Origin: Hyaloraphidium curvatum SAG 235-1
Taxonomy: Eukaryota > Fungi > Monoblepharomycota
Reading direction: 5' to 3'
NCBI GenBank assembly: GCA_025558095.1
Contig: JAIVFI010000035.1
Coordinates: 248,001-312,000, forward strand
Length of the DNA stretch: 64,000 nt
Numbering within the stretch: the stretch's first letter is position 1; every line of letters starts with the position of its first letter. The position numbers and the translations under genes were made by a program. The notes beneath the pieces are model-generated. The model worked only from the letters and a program-made list of their open reading frames with translations, was not told the DNA's origin and searched no databases. Below are positions 38,951 to 50,326 of the stretch, in pieces.

Positions 38951-41374
38951 ATGCGCTCGGCCCGCGGGACCCGCACGGCCGTCGGCCTCTTTCTCGCCCT
39001 CGGGCTCCTCGCCTCGTTCCCGCGGCCCGCGCGGCCGAGTTCCTACTCCGGACCCCCCTCATGGTCATATAACAACCTTACGGACCTCGCAACGGGACGC
39101 CTCGGTTGCGCCAAGAAGCCGACTACTCATTGCTGCTGCGGCACGCCCTGCGGCTCGTCGTACTCCGTCTGCCCCGAGCCGTGTGGCTCGGCAGGATCTT
39201 CCGTCGGCTTCCCTTACGCCTGCGGAGTCGCGGACAACGGGCTGCCAGCCTCCCAGTCGCGGTACTACGTCAATCTGGTGCTTGAGGGCGTGCCGGGCCG
39301 GTGCACCCTGCGGCAGCAGGAGTGGCTCGCCGTCGAGTCGCCGATGGTCCGCGGCGGCACATGGGGTAACACCCAGTGCGAGGTGAAAGCCGACTGCCCG
39401 TGGGCGGAGCTCGGCACCGCGTACGGTGATGCCCTGAACCTGACGAAGGAGGAGGTGTGGGCTGGCAGCGGGCAAGACAACGCCACTGTGGGCAGGATAG
39501 CCCTCCGTCCGACGACCGGGGCGGGCATCGACTCGATCTCGCTCTGGTGCCCCGTGGCGATGGGCTGCCCAGGCTTCCTCTTTGGTCTGGCCACAGAGGG
39601 GGTCGCAGCTCCCTCCCGCGTTCCCGACCCCTCCGGGACCGAGTACGCATTCCTGCCCAGTGCAAACGTGCTTGTCAAGGTGGACAGCAAGGGGGACGTG
39701 GGCTGCCTTGCAAGCTCGTGGGGCGACCGCTCCTGCTTACAGCTTACCACGGCCTGCTACATGTTCCTCAACAAAACCCGCATCGGCGGCCGCGGACTGC
39801 CCTACCTGTCCTGCGCCGACATTCCTGCGGCCGACCGCACGGCTCCCGATCACTTCTGCACGCGCGGCCGCGAGCTCCTCGATCGGCTCAAGCCCCCTCA
39901 AGTCGGCCCCGGAGCGCGGCTCCTGGGCTTGAACTGCACTTACGCAGGTGCCCCCGATCCTTCCGTCGACCCCACCGGCGCCGGACCCTGGACCGTCGCC
40001 AGCGTCGCCGTTGCGCGCCGCCACGACGACGGCTCTGTCTCGGTCTTGACTGGGCCCGAGGGAATGATGCAATTCGGCCTGGAACCGCCATGGTGCGCAG
40101 CCAACGCCGCAGCGACCGCACCCTCTCGGGCGGCCTCGGCAAAGATAGGTTTCGGCTCCCACATGAGCAACTTCGGGTACATCCTCGCGGCGCTGGCAGA
40201 GGAGCGGGACAAGGGCGAGTGGATGTGCATCGAGGGCTGCCCCGGCTCGGGCGAGTACTTCCGCGGGCGGCGCTTTTTCAACTATGCCGCCATCGAGCAG
40301 CTCCCGGGCGGCGGCATCTACGGTGTGCCCTATCCGTACGGATCCCCGCGCATTTACTCGGACTCGGCGTGCAGCGCAGCCAATCAATCGTCGGACATGT
40401 CAAAGGACCTGTACATGTGCCGGCCCGGGGCGAGCACTACGGTTGTCCAAGACCAGGACCGCAGGAACCCTTGGGATCCCTGGTGTGTGCGGATGCTCGG
40501 CGCCGTATTCGACCCGCACGCTGAGGGCTGCGCGACGACCGCCGGCCCGAACGCCCCGAAGGAGGCGTGCGTGGCGAGCCCGGCCGACAAGGGAAACCGA
40601 GTGCGGGTGCAGCCAGTGAACGTCACGCTGCAGGACGGGACGACGGTGGCGGTGCCCAGGTGCCAGGGGCCTGACGGGACGAGGTGCACCTGGTTCGCGG
40701 ACAAGGACTGCACGTTCCTTGCAAAGGACGAGCCGAGTCCTGAGTATTTGACGACGGGATACGTCTGCGGGCGGGACGAAGGGGGTTGGTGCAGGCTGGC
40801 AGCGGAGGCACTCAGGCTCGTTCCCAGCTCAACGACCACCGTACCACCTGAGGCGACCACGGCACTACCTGCGACGACAATGGTGCCACCTGCGACCTCC
40901 TCGAGCACCCTTACGCCCGCCGCGCCCACCTCGACAACCACGGTCCCGCCTGCGACCCCTTCAGGCACCTCTGTCGCGACCTACACCCCCCGCCCGTGGA
41001 TCTGCGTGAGGAGCTGCGCCGATCGAGGGAATGCGGTCCTCGTCCGCATCTCCGCGGACGGTGGGCACGCGCAGTGCAAGGGGCCCGACGGCCTGCGTTG
41101 CTCCTGGTTCCTCGGTTCATCGAGCTGCGGGGTGCTTGCGCCGGGGGAGCCCTCGCCGGACCCGTCGGGGGAAACGGGCAAGACTTGCACGGCCGAGGAG
41201 GAGGGCGCGGCGGGGAGCTGGTGCAACGCGGCGAGGGCGGCGCTCAGCGGGGGTGCGGTGCGGGCGCAGTGCTCAACGGGGACAATTCTTGCTTCGGGGG
41301 TTGCGTCGGGGCGCAGGGCAGCGCGATGGGGCGTCAACGCCGCAGCCTTCGCTGTTCGCTTCCTGCTCGTGTGA
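38951..41374 (+). CDS. Secreted Cys-rich repeat protein, probably GPI-anchored
   Basis: Signal peptide, repeated CxGPDGxRCxWF...EPSP...WC modules, Thr/Pro stalk and hydrophobic C-terminus. Confidence 0.8.
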   Translation: MRSARGTRTAVGLFLALGLLASFPRPARPSSYSGPPSWSYNNLTDLATGRLGCAKKPTTHCCCGTPCGSSYSVCPEPCGSAGSSVGFPYACGVADNGLPASQSRYYVNLVLEGVPGRCTLRQQEWLAVESPMVRGGTWGNTQCEVKADCPWAELGTAYGDALNLTKEEVWAGSGQDNATVGRIALRPTTGAGIDSISLWCPVAMGCPGFLFGLATEGVAAPSRVPDPSGTEYAFLPSANVLVKVDSKGDVGCLASSWGDRSCLQLTTACYMFLNKTRIGGRGLPYLSCADIPAADRTAPDHFCTRGRELLDRLKPPQVGPGARLLGLNCTYAGAPDPSVDPTGAGPWTVASVAVARRHDDGSVSVLTGPEGMMQFGLEPPWCAANAAATAPSRAASAKIGFGSHMSNFGYILAALAEERDKGEWMCIEGCPGSGEYFRGRRFFNYAAIEQLPGGGIYGVPYPYGSPRIYSDSACSAANQSSDMSKDLYMCRPGASTTVVQDQDRRNPWDPWCVRMLGAVFDPHAEGCATTAGPNAPKEACVASPADKGNRVRVQPVNVTLQDGTTVAVPRCQGPDGTRCTWFADKDCTFLAKDEPSPEYLTTGYVCGRDEGGWCRLAAEALRLVPSSTTTVPPEATTALPATTMVPPATSSSTLTPAAPTSTTTVPPATPSGTSVATYTPRPWICVRSCADRGNAVLVRISADGGHAQCKGPDGLRCSWFLGSSSCGVLAPGEPSPDPSGETGKTCTAEEEGAAGSWCNAARAALSGGAVRAQCSTGTILASGVASGRRAARWGVNAAAFAVRFLLV

Positions 41375-41909
41375 TCGGCCTGTCAATATGCAAGAACCGC
41401 ATCTCCGCGGAACCAAAGTGAATTATGTCGCAATCAGGGAGATCGGCAGGGTGGCCCGATGCGAAATCGATACCTTCGCGCCGAGTTGCGTCATTGACGA
41501 CCCCCTGGCTGCCGCGCCTCCGATTGCACGATGTTTTGTACCCTGTGCATCGCTTCGGACAACAAATACACCGCGGAGAAGGACGAGTTGGAAGCCTTTC
41601 GGTGACATCGAGGTTTTATTGGGTTGCGGCGGGCGCTAACTCGCCTGCGGGAGAAATTTCGAGGGCACGCTCTGGTTGCAAGTGGAGGCCCGGACTTGCC
41701 CGAGAGAAAATCGTGGCGGGGCCCAGCGGTCCAGTCTCTTCTCCGCCCCATTCTGTGCAGGCTTGGCACCCGCGGTGTTTGTGCTCCCGCGGGAGAACCT
41801 TGAGGGCCCGGCAGAAATCCAAGGATGCTGTGATGGAAGCGAGTCCAGGCCACTCCGCCACAAGGAGTCAGCCCAAAAGGAGAACCCGCCCGCGGCGAGG
41901 CGCGCAGCA

Positions 41910-44900
41910 ATGCGAACGATGAAGCTCCCCACCCTGCTCCTCCTCGCGCTGGCGGTGGCGCTCTGCGTGCTCGCGCCGGGCGGCGCCGCGGCCCGCGCGC
42001 CCCCGCAGCCGGTCGCCGTCGCGAACCTCTCCGCCACGGGCTGCCCGCCCTCGCAGCCGGCCCAGCTGCTGTGCGGGCCCGGCTCGGCCGTGCAGATCGC
42101 GTCGGTCTCGTACGGCCGCACGATCGCCGCCATGCCCGGCCTCGCGGTGTCTTGCCCCGCCGGCGTCACCAACAACGTCACCGGCTGCGTCCTGGCCCCA
42201 GCGGACCAGGCCGCCGCCACGCTGCTCGCGGCGCAGAGCTGCGACGGCAAGCAGTCGTGCTCCCTCGACGGTGCGGACATTGCGAGGCTGTTCGCCGACC
42301 CGTGCCCCGGCATCTCCAAAATCCTCTTCGCCGAATACGCCTGCCTGGTCGCCGCCGTGCAGCCGGTCAAGACGCCCACCGCACCGCCCGCAGGTGACCT
42401 GTATGCACGCTACCCGGCCGCCTCGGCCGCCCCCAGGTGCCCCAGCTTCGCCGCCGCCGTGTCGGACGCCTCTGCGGACGCCGTGCAGTGGCAGGTGCTC
42501 GCCCAGGGCCAGCAGCCCGGGCTCGCCGTCTCGGTCACGCTGGTCGATTCCGACCTGTCCAAGCTTGATGGCATCCTGAAGACCGCCACGGGCGGCGCCG
42601 TCGGCCTCGACAACGTCGCATTCCTGAACCTGACCGCGGTCAACGTGCTCGTGCCCCCCGACACCACCATCGTCATTGGCAAGAGCAACCCGGGCTTCAC
42701 CACCGTCTCCATCCGCGCCCTCAACATCATCGGTAGCCCGTCGTCCACCATCGACGTGCACTCCGCGGGGCCGGACGCCTCGGGCCGCTTCGGCCCGGAC
42801 GTCTCCATCTCGGCGAGCAACATCTTCGGGGCCCTGCAGGTCCGCCAAAACGGACTCACGGCACTCCACCCCAAGGTGGCGACGGCAAGTATGGGCGGCG
42901 TCACTTGTGGGTGCATGAAGCACCGCAGATCCTAAGCATGAACTGACCTGGTGCACGCATTCCCAGTTACTCTCTTCGACTCGACGGACAGGGCCGAGTA
43001 CCTGACCGCGTGCGGCCAAGCCGCGGCACCGAACAACGGCAATCCTCTCATTACCCCACCCCCGTGCTCGACGGCCGGCGGGCCTACCGACACCGAGTTT
43101 GCGCCGCTGTGCGTCACGGCGAACCCCGAATGCACAGCCTACATCTATGGGCACAACTCGCAGAACGTGCTGGTCAAGGAGGCCTGCCTCTCTTGGAAAG
43201 CGACCGTCCAGGTGTCGAGCTACTACGGTGCCGCGCTCCTCGGCGGCTCGCAGAAGGACGGCAACCCGCTCAACCTACAAGACGACCGCATCGTCTACCC
43301 GGGCTACGCACCTCCATCCAACACGGTCAACGCGCCTACGTTCCCGGCCAAGGGCGGTGTCTACGGCACGAGCATCACCTCGGCCGGCCGTTTCCTCGCC
43401 GCCGACGGCGCTCCGGGCTCGGCGGCGGCGCAGGCCACGTGGAACTCGGGCAGCAACCCGCAAGGCGTCTTTTCGACCGCCGACTACACCATCTCGCTCG
43501 ATGCGCACCCCGCGAGCAACTACGAATCCGCCCAGGTGGCGGCCCAGCAGACCGTGCCGGCGGACTACTCGGGCTTGCTCGGGCTCCAGGGTGGCTGGGC
43601 GCAGTCGCCGCCGGCGCCGTGGGTGACGGACCAGTGGACGGCGGCGATCAAGTCCGCCTGCCCGGCGCAGAACATCTTTGGGATCACGGTGAACCTCCCC
43701 GCCTACCTGAACGGCACCGTCACACGCGTTCCCGCGGCCGCCTCGGGCTCTTCCTACTCCGGCCCGGACCCCCTGGTCCTCCGCCTGGCCGGCGACTGCC
43801 TCGACGAGATCGCCATGGATCGGCGCTTTGCCGAGGCCAAGGCCTTTGCCGCCGACGTCGTGCGCAGCCTGCCTGCGCAGGGGGCGCAGGCCAAGGGCCC
43901 CGCGGCCTACGCCTCCCGCATTCTCGGCACCCTGCGTTCGCTCCGCAACGACGCCTCCTCCCCGCTGACCCGCGACGTGCCCTTCCTCTCCGCGGGCCTG
44001 CTGTCGGCCTACGAGGCTGACGGCCTGCGCGAGCTCGTGGCGGCGGAGCAGAACCTGGACAAATGGGTGGCGCAGAAGGGCAGCCTGGCCGAGGCGGCCA
44101 ACGGGCTGCAGGCCGGCGCGGACCAGATCGCCTACGCGGTTACGGTGGCGTCGGGCGTGCTCGAGGCCGACAAGGCCAACCTGGAGGATGCGATGAAGCT
44201 CGCGGACCGGTACAACGAGAGCTTCAACGAGGCGATCGAGTTCATGACGGAGGCCAAGGAGGCATTCGACGAGGGACTCCAGGCGTGGAAGCGGGAGGAG
44301 ATCGCGTTCTCGATCATCGAGATAATCGGAGCTCTGGTCACGGCGGTCGTTACCGACGGTATCGGTGGTGTCGCCCTCTTTGCGGAGCTCAAGGAAATGG
44401 GCAACACCGTCAGCGAAGTCGGGTCGCTCGTTAAGACCATCGAGATCATTTCCCGGGTGATCGAGCTCGTAAAGACCATTGTGGAGGTGAGCGTCGGCGT
44501 CAGCTTCTTCAGTGCCGACTCCTGACCTGGCACGCCCCGACGTTTCCCCCACGGACATCTCACAGATGATCAAAAACGAAGAGTTTGACAACACCCGCCT
44601 CGTCCAGGTCACCACGCAGAGCGCCTTCTCCGTCTCGACCGAGGCAGTGGAACAGGCGAGGAACAACAGCGATTCGGTTGTGTCGCTCTCCGTGGGCGCC
44701 CTCGCCTTCCAGAACCTGCACGACCAGGCCACGACCTTCATCCAGCCGGCCATCAACGCCAACGTGGAAGGGGCGACCAACTACTCCTACTCGCTCCAGA
44801 AGCTCGCCAATACCGGGATCGCCCACTTGAACGCGCAGATCCAGCTCATCAACGCGCAGGGCCAGGTCATCACGGACGTGGTGAACCTCCAGGCGGCGGC

Positions 44901-45783
44901 GGCCAGCGCCGCCAACATCGACACCCTCCTTTCCCGCACCCAGGGCGCCGAATCTGGCTTCCCGCAGGCCTACTTCGACGCCCGCATGTCGCTCATCGAG
45001 GGCAAGCTTCGCGCCCTGGAAGCCTTCCACAAGATAATGCACGCATACTCGTTCGCGTACACGGGAGACCACCTGATGGAGAAACTCGGGCTTCTGCCCA
45101 GCCTGTCGGACTCGGCCGACACGCTCAATGCCGCCCTGCTCGGCGCCCTCACTCACATCGGGACCATCTTTGACGAGTCGTCGTGCTTCTGCAACGCCTC
45201 GTGGATCATCCCTGACACGCAGTTTGCCGGCAACCTGTCGTCGTCGAACGGCACAGCCTGGATGGACCTCACCGACGTGCTCAACCCGAACATGTACAAC
45301 TTCTTCGGCGGCTTCGACAACGTACATATCTACCAGCTCAACCTGAAGCCGTATGGGATCCGCCTCGCGAACGCCAACGGGGTTCAGAACCCTACGCTGC
45401 ACCTCGAGATCATCCCCGTGGGCAGCTTTGTCAACACCTTCTCGCACAGCGGCGTGTGGTACCAGCGCGAGTACAACGCCAAGCCGCTGGCCTTCAACCC
45501 CGTGATCGAGCCGCTGAACGACTGGAGCGTCATCACGCCGGGCTCCCTCGCGGGCTACTCGCAGGCCCTGGTGTACATGCCCACGCCCTACACGCGTTTC
45601 CTCGTGCGTCCACGGACCGACGCCATGGTTGCAGAATGGGACTGGAGCGGCGTGTGGGGCGCGCAGATCGAGATGTGGGGGAGCTTCAGGCCGACCAGCT
45701 CGCTGAGCGCGGGCGTGGCGGCAGGGAAGATGGGATCGTGCACCTGCCCCTCGCCGTCGTCGTTCAAGGGGACCGGGTCGTGA
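41910..45783 (+). CDS. Large secreted protein: SUEL/rhamnose-binding lectin domain plus helical toxin-like region
   Basis: Signal peptide and SUEL motifs SVSYGR, CDGKQSC, FADPCPGISKIL..YAC. Introns 42889-42966 and 44487-44565 are phase-compatible. A coiled-coil leads into the hydrophobic segment IAFSIIEIIGALVTAVVTDGIGGVALF. Confidence 0.82.
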
Positions 45784-46030
45784 TCGCACAGTAGGATGTG
45801 GGATGTATTCACTTGGACATGTGAGTCTCTATGTCTATTTGTTCCCCATCCGTTCCGCGGATGCGCGACCTGGAGACTTCCATTGGGCCGGACTCCGTCC
45901 CTCAAAGAGACACTTGATTCTGTCTGTTTTCTGGGCACTTGAAGTGCGGGGCATCTCCCGGGAGCCCGGTGCTAAGCCACGCGGCGCTGCTGACGGGGAT
46001 CGAACGAGAAACTCGCGACTGACGGGCGCG

Positions 46031-47511
46031 ATGGGTGCGGCGCTCCGGCTCTCCATCGTGGTGCTCCTGGCGGCCGTCTGCATCGCGATGAGGGGCGCGG
46101 CGGCCGCGCCGAGCCCGTCGCCGGACTGCGCGTGGGTCGAGGCCCTTTTGCGGGCCAGCGGGACCGTCGTGCCGTGGACCACGGGCGTCTGCTGCGACTG
46201 GGGCAACGCCGGCCGTATCTCGTGCAACTCGAACGGCAGGATCACGTGGCTCGCGCCGCCGCCGCTGGAGAGGCCGACGGCGTTCCCGGCCATCTCGTCG
46301 CTCACCGACGTCGAGGTCATCTGGCTTGAGGGCCAACAGCTCACGTGGGTGCCGCGCTCCGCCCCAAACATCGATGGCAATTGACGCAAATGACCTTGGT
46401 ACCGCGCAGCGGCCCGATCCCGGACCTCTCGGCGCTAGTGGCGCTCAAGGAGCTGCACCTCGCGCGCAACGACCTCAGCGGCGGGTTCCCGGACCTTTCG
46501 AAGAACACTTACCTCCAAATTGTGGAGCTTCGGCTCAATCCCAGGCTAGGGGGCCCACTCCCGGCCTCGCTGACCGGCCTGACCTCGCTGGGCGCGATTG
46601 ACATCTCCAACTGCTCTTTCACCGGACCCCTCCCGGCCTTTGCGCGCTCCATGCAGGGCATCTTTGTCGACGGCAACCGGATCACGGGCTCCATCCCGGA
46701 CTTTAGGGTCAGCTACCCCAACATAGTCAGTTTTATGGCGGTGGATAACTTGATGACGGGCACCATCCCGTACCTGTCGGGCCTGAGGAACCTCAAATGG
46801 TTCATGATCTCGGGCAACCCCGTTGAGGGAGCTATTCCGGACCTGTCGGATCTGCCGGCACTATGGTACTTTCATTCTGCGCGGACTAGCCTGTCGGGGC
46901 CCATCCCCACCCTGCCGAGGGTCGGGGGTCTTTGGATCCTTCAGCTGAACGGCAACCCGGGGATCACCGGCGGCCTGGAGCCGCTAGCGACGCAGCGTGC
47001 TCTGTTTGACGTGAACCTGGCGGGAACGTCTGTCGCGGGCCGGCTCGACGGGGTGCTGAACCTGGGCAAGATTTTTACGTGCGAGATGCCGGCAACGGTC
47101 ACCTACTGCAACGCATCCGCGGTGCCGCCGGCCTGTAGGGAGCACGGGGCCGTGCTCGAGCCGGGATGCGGGACGACTTCGACCGGCCGTCCGACGACGA
47201 GGGCAGGGGTGCCGACGACTGCGGTGGGAGGCCTGATAACGACCCGCGCTGTGGTTCCTGAAACGACCCGTGCGCTTGTTCCTACAACCCATGCTGCGGT
47301 GCCCACAACCCACGCGGCGGTTCCAACAACCCGTGCGGCGCTTCCTACGACGGCCGTTGCACTGCAGAAAACGACGGCGCCGGCGAGGCGGCCCACGACC
47401 TCCAAGAGGAGAGCGACGTCGGCAAAGAGGCGGACGACATCCAGGAAGCGCTCTTCCACCCGGAAACGGACAACCTCGCGGAAGCGGACGACGACGAAGC
47501 GAAGAACGTGA
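46031..47511 (+). CDS. Secreted plant-type LRR protein with Thr-rich repeats and basic tail
   Basis: Signal peptide, CCDW...CNSNGRI cap, LxxLxLxxNxLSGxIP repeats, PTTxAxV heptads and a K/R/T tail. 1 intron. Confidence 0.88.
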
Positions 47512-48058
47512 AGCGCCGCTGTTGGGCTTGGAGGATCTTGCCCGCATCGCACTGTTGTGGCCAAATGTTACATGAGCAGCTCGATGTGGAGAAGATCGAT
47601 TAGAGATGGTCGCAATTCTTGCTTTTGCCCTCCCAGTTCCCCACGGATTCAGAACTAGGAAGCGCGTCCTTATCCCGTGCCCAGGGCAGAACAATCCTGC
47701 GCTAGGGTCATGACGGCCGAGTCTTTGTTCTCCTTCTCTCCGCTAGCATCGCCTACCAGCCCGTTCATCCTTTTCTCGTTGTTATCGCCCAAGTGAGTCC
47801 TCTGCCATTTTGTAGAGTGTAAGTCGGGCAGACTCGGAACGTGATGTGACGGAACCTCACCGAACCTCATCCAGCCACTGAGATTTCCGGGCCAAGAGGC
47901 GGCGGAAATTCGGAGCCAACTTTCGTGACGTTGTCGCTCGGAGAGGGAACTGCACCCGCTCGCGGCTCCAAAAGAGCTGAGGCCTGTGCCGTCAAGCTCC
48001 ACGACTGTGACTCCTCGGCCGGTTCAAGGCCGCTTGCCCGCATCCAATCCCGACCTGC

Positions 48059-48454
48059 ATGACTTTCTGCATTCAATGTGGCCACCAACATGTGGCCGGA
48101 GCCAGATTCTGCGCCCAGTGTGGCACGGCGGCTCCGGTCACTGAGCTGCAAGCCTATCCGGCAGTGGCTCCGCCACAGCCTTCCGCGGCCCAGCATCCTC
48201 CCGGCCACCCTGCTCATACGGCGGCCCAAACTCCTCAGACGGGGATCCAAAAGCAATGCCCACGCTGTCAGGGGGCCGGACTGGTGCCAGCAGATTACAA
48301 CTCAACGCTCAAGTATGACCCCGCAACGGGCCAGGATAGGCCTGTAGAATGCGGCTGCTGCATATCCGCTTGCATGCCGTGCTACATGTTTTGCATAAAG
48401 GAGCAGTGCCAAGTTTGCCGCGGCAGCGGTTTCGTCACCGTTCAAGGGGCCTGA
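48059..48454 (+). CDS. Small Cys-rich protein: zinc ribbon plus split CxxCxGxG finger
   Basis: FCIQCG..ARFCAQCG, then CPRCQGAG...CQVCRGSG flanking CGCCISACMPCYMFC. Confidence 0.75.
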   Translation: MTFCIQCGHQHVAGARFCAQCGTAAPVTELQAYPAVAPPQPSAAQHPPGHPAHTAAQTPQTGIQKQCPRCQGAGLVPADYNSTLKYDPATGQDRPVECGCCISACMPCYMFCIKEQCQVCRGSGFVTVQGA

Positions 48455-48649
48455 CCGGCCATCCTCTGCTGGACGATGGCCTTAAATATCTATATTGAAT
48501 ACGAATGCTATGTGCGCACACATAGTGGGGAAGTAGACGATGTAAACGGCAAGAAGCAAGAAGGCGTGGAAAGGTTTCGGGCGGAGTCCGTCGAGTCCGC
48601 GAGCGCCTCTTGGCGTCACGCAAACGTCCCCCAGCTCTCCATCCCTCAA

Positions 48650-49317
48650 ATGGCCGACAGCGTCCCCTCCCTCGACGCTCCAGCGGGCGAGGCAGCAAAA
48701 GAGCTCCCTCCGCTGCCGCCGACTCCGGACCTGCCGTCGCCCGACGTGGAAACGCTCGCCCAATGGTCGGCCGAAACGGAATCCGCGCTCATAGCGCTTT
48801 ACGGCCCTCCCGACCCCCCGGAGGCCGAGGACGTCTGCCAGCTGCGTGCCGAGATCGTGCTTCTGCAGGAGGAAAACAGGGCGCTCCGCGGTAGGCCGTC
48901 CGCAACGGGCCCGACATCGGTGACTCAAACTCCGACCTCCCGCCAAGCCGCGCTCCGCACGTCCAGGGAGGCCTTCGAGATGGAGCGCCAGGAGCTCATA
49001 GTGGGTCTTTCTATGCCGCCTTGCGTACTGCGGCTGATTCGTAGCAGTCCGAGATCGCGGAGTTGAAAGCCCGCTTGGAAGCGGCACGGCCCTCACCCGC
49101 CCGATCGGAGAGCCCCAGGGAGACGCTCAGGACCCTCGAGGGGATCTTTGGGCACTATCCGCCTCTCCAGCACGCCAATGATCTCGTCAGCCCGGCATCG
49201 GCGGTCACGGTGGTCGAGGAATGGTGGAACCCGAACCCTGGCTTGGCGCAGGAGGACGACGGGGCCGAATGGGAGGTGGTGCTCAGCTCGTCGATGGAGG
49301 CAGCGGCCAGGGAGTGA
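48650..49317 (+). CDS. Hypothetical coiled-coil protein
   Basis: LRAEIVLLQEENRALR. An intron joins ERQELI to SEIAELKARLEAA. Confidence 0.5.
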
Positions 49318-49434
49318 AACGGATGAGCTTAGTTTTTGTTTGAATTGAGGGTCGCTCTGCGGCCATCGCTGGTATTCGCACTCAAAGGACAAATGTCCAC
49401 TAGCTCAAGAAGAAGAAGATCCTTGCTGTCCCCG

Positions 49435-50326
49435 CTACTTGCCCTCCTCAGCGACCGGCGGCTTCCAATCCGGCGGCGTCTTGACGATCTGCTCAACGTC
49501 GTAAGAAACCGCGTGGCAAAGCGCGCTGCGGTACCCACGATCGTCGGGCAGGGCACGTGGTGGATGACGTGGTCCGACACGCTGCCGAGGAGCGTGCGAC
49601 GGACCGCGCCCATCCCGCGGGATCCCATGATCAACGCGTCGGCGGAGAGCTCGGCGCACTTGCGCGTGATCTCGTCGCGAGGGTCGCCTGTCGTGAAAAT
49701 GTGAGCATGACCGGTTTGCCGCCCTTTGACGGACCCACCCCTCATGGCAATCGCCTTGCACGAGATCTGCGGCAGGTTCGTGGTGAGATTGGGACGCTTC
49801 GGCCGGTTTCGAGGTGGCCCACTTTCCGCTTCTTGATCTGCCCGGCGTAGGACTGGAGTAGCTGGTGCGAAACCGCGCGGTGCTGCTCCTCGACCTGGCT
49901 GAGGTAGTCGGTAAAGTCCATGTCTTGTCGATGGAACGAAAAACGAGTCGAATGTTGGGGCAAAGGCGTGGAAGGAGGGACGCGTCAATTTGACGCCCCA
50001 GACAGATGCCCGGAAACACACACAGGAAGCTCCGTACGGGCCGGGAAGACTCGGCGTCGGTCGGACGTTGATGAGCACGACGAGGTCGCTCTCGGGCCTG
50101 TCCAAAGGCGGTTGAAGGGGGTCGAGGAAGAGTCGCCAGAACAACCCTACCGGATGAAGTTGTCGAGAGCCCAGGTGAAGGCATATTGCGAATGAGCCGA
50201 CGCGTCGACAGAAACGACGACCACGCGGGTAATGCTGCCCCCGCCGGTCGCGTGGTCGTCGGTGTGGATGACGCTCTCCTGCGGCGCCGGCTCCGCGGGA
50301 GGGGCCAAAGTCTGCGCTCCGCTCAT
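49435..50326 (-). CDS. Universal stress protein (USP family)
   Basis: VVVSVDASAHSQYAFTWA, GDPRDEI and IMGSRGMGAVRRTLLGSVSDHVIHHVPCPTIV. Multi-exon. Confidence 0.93.

Noticed and set aside
43275-45789. Long minus-strand ORFs (501 and 409 aa) and similar shadow ORFs throughout the window
   Set aside because: Antisense shadows of GC3-rich genes, with no domains.
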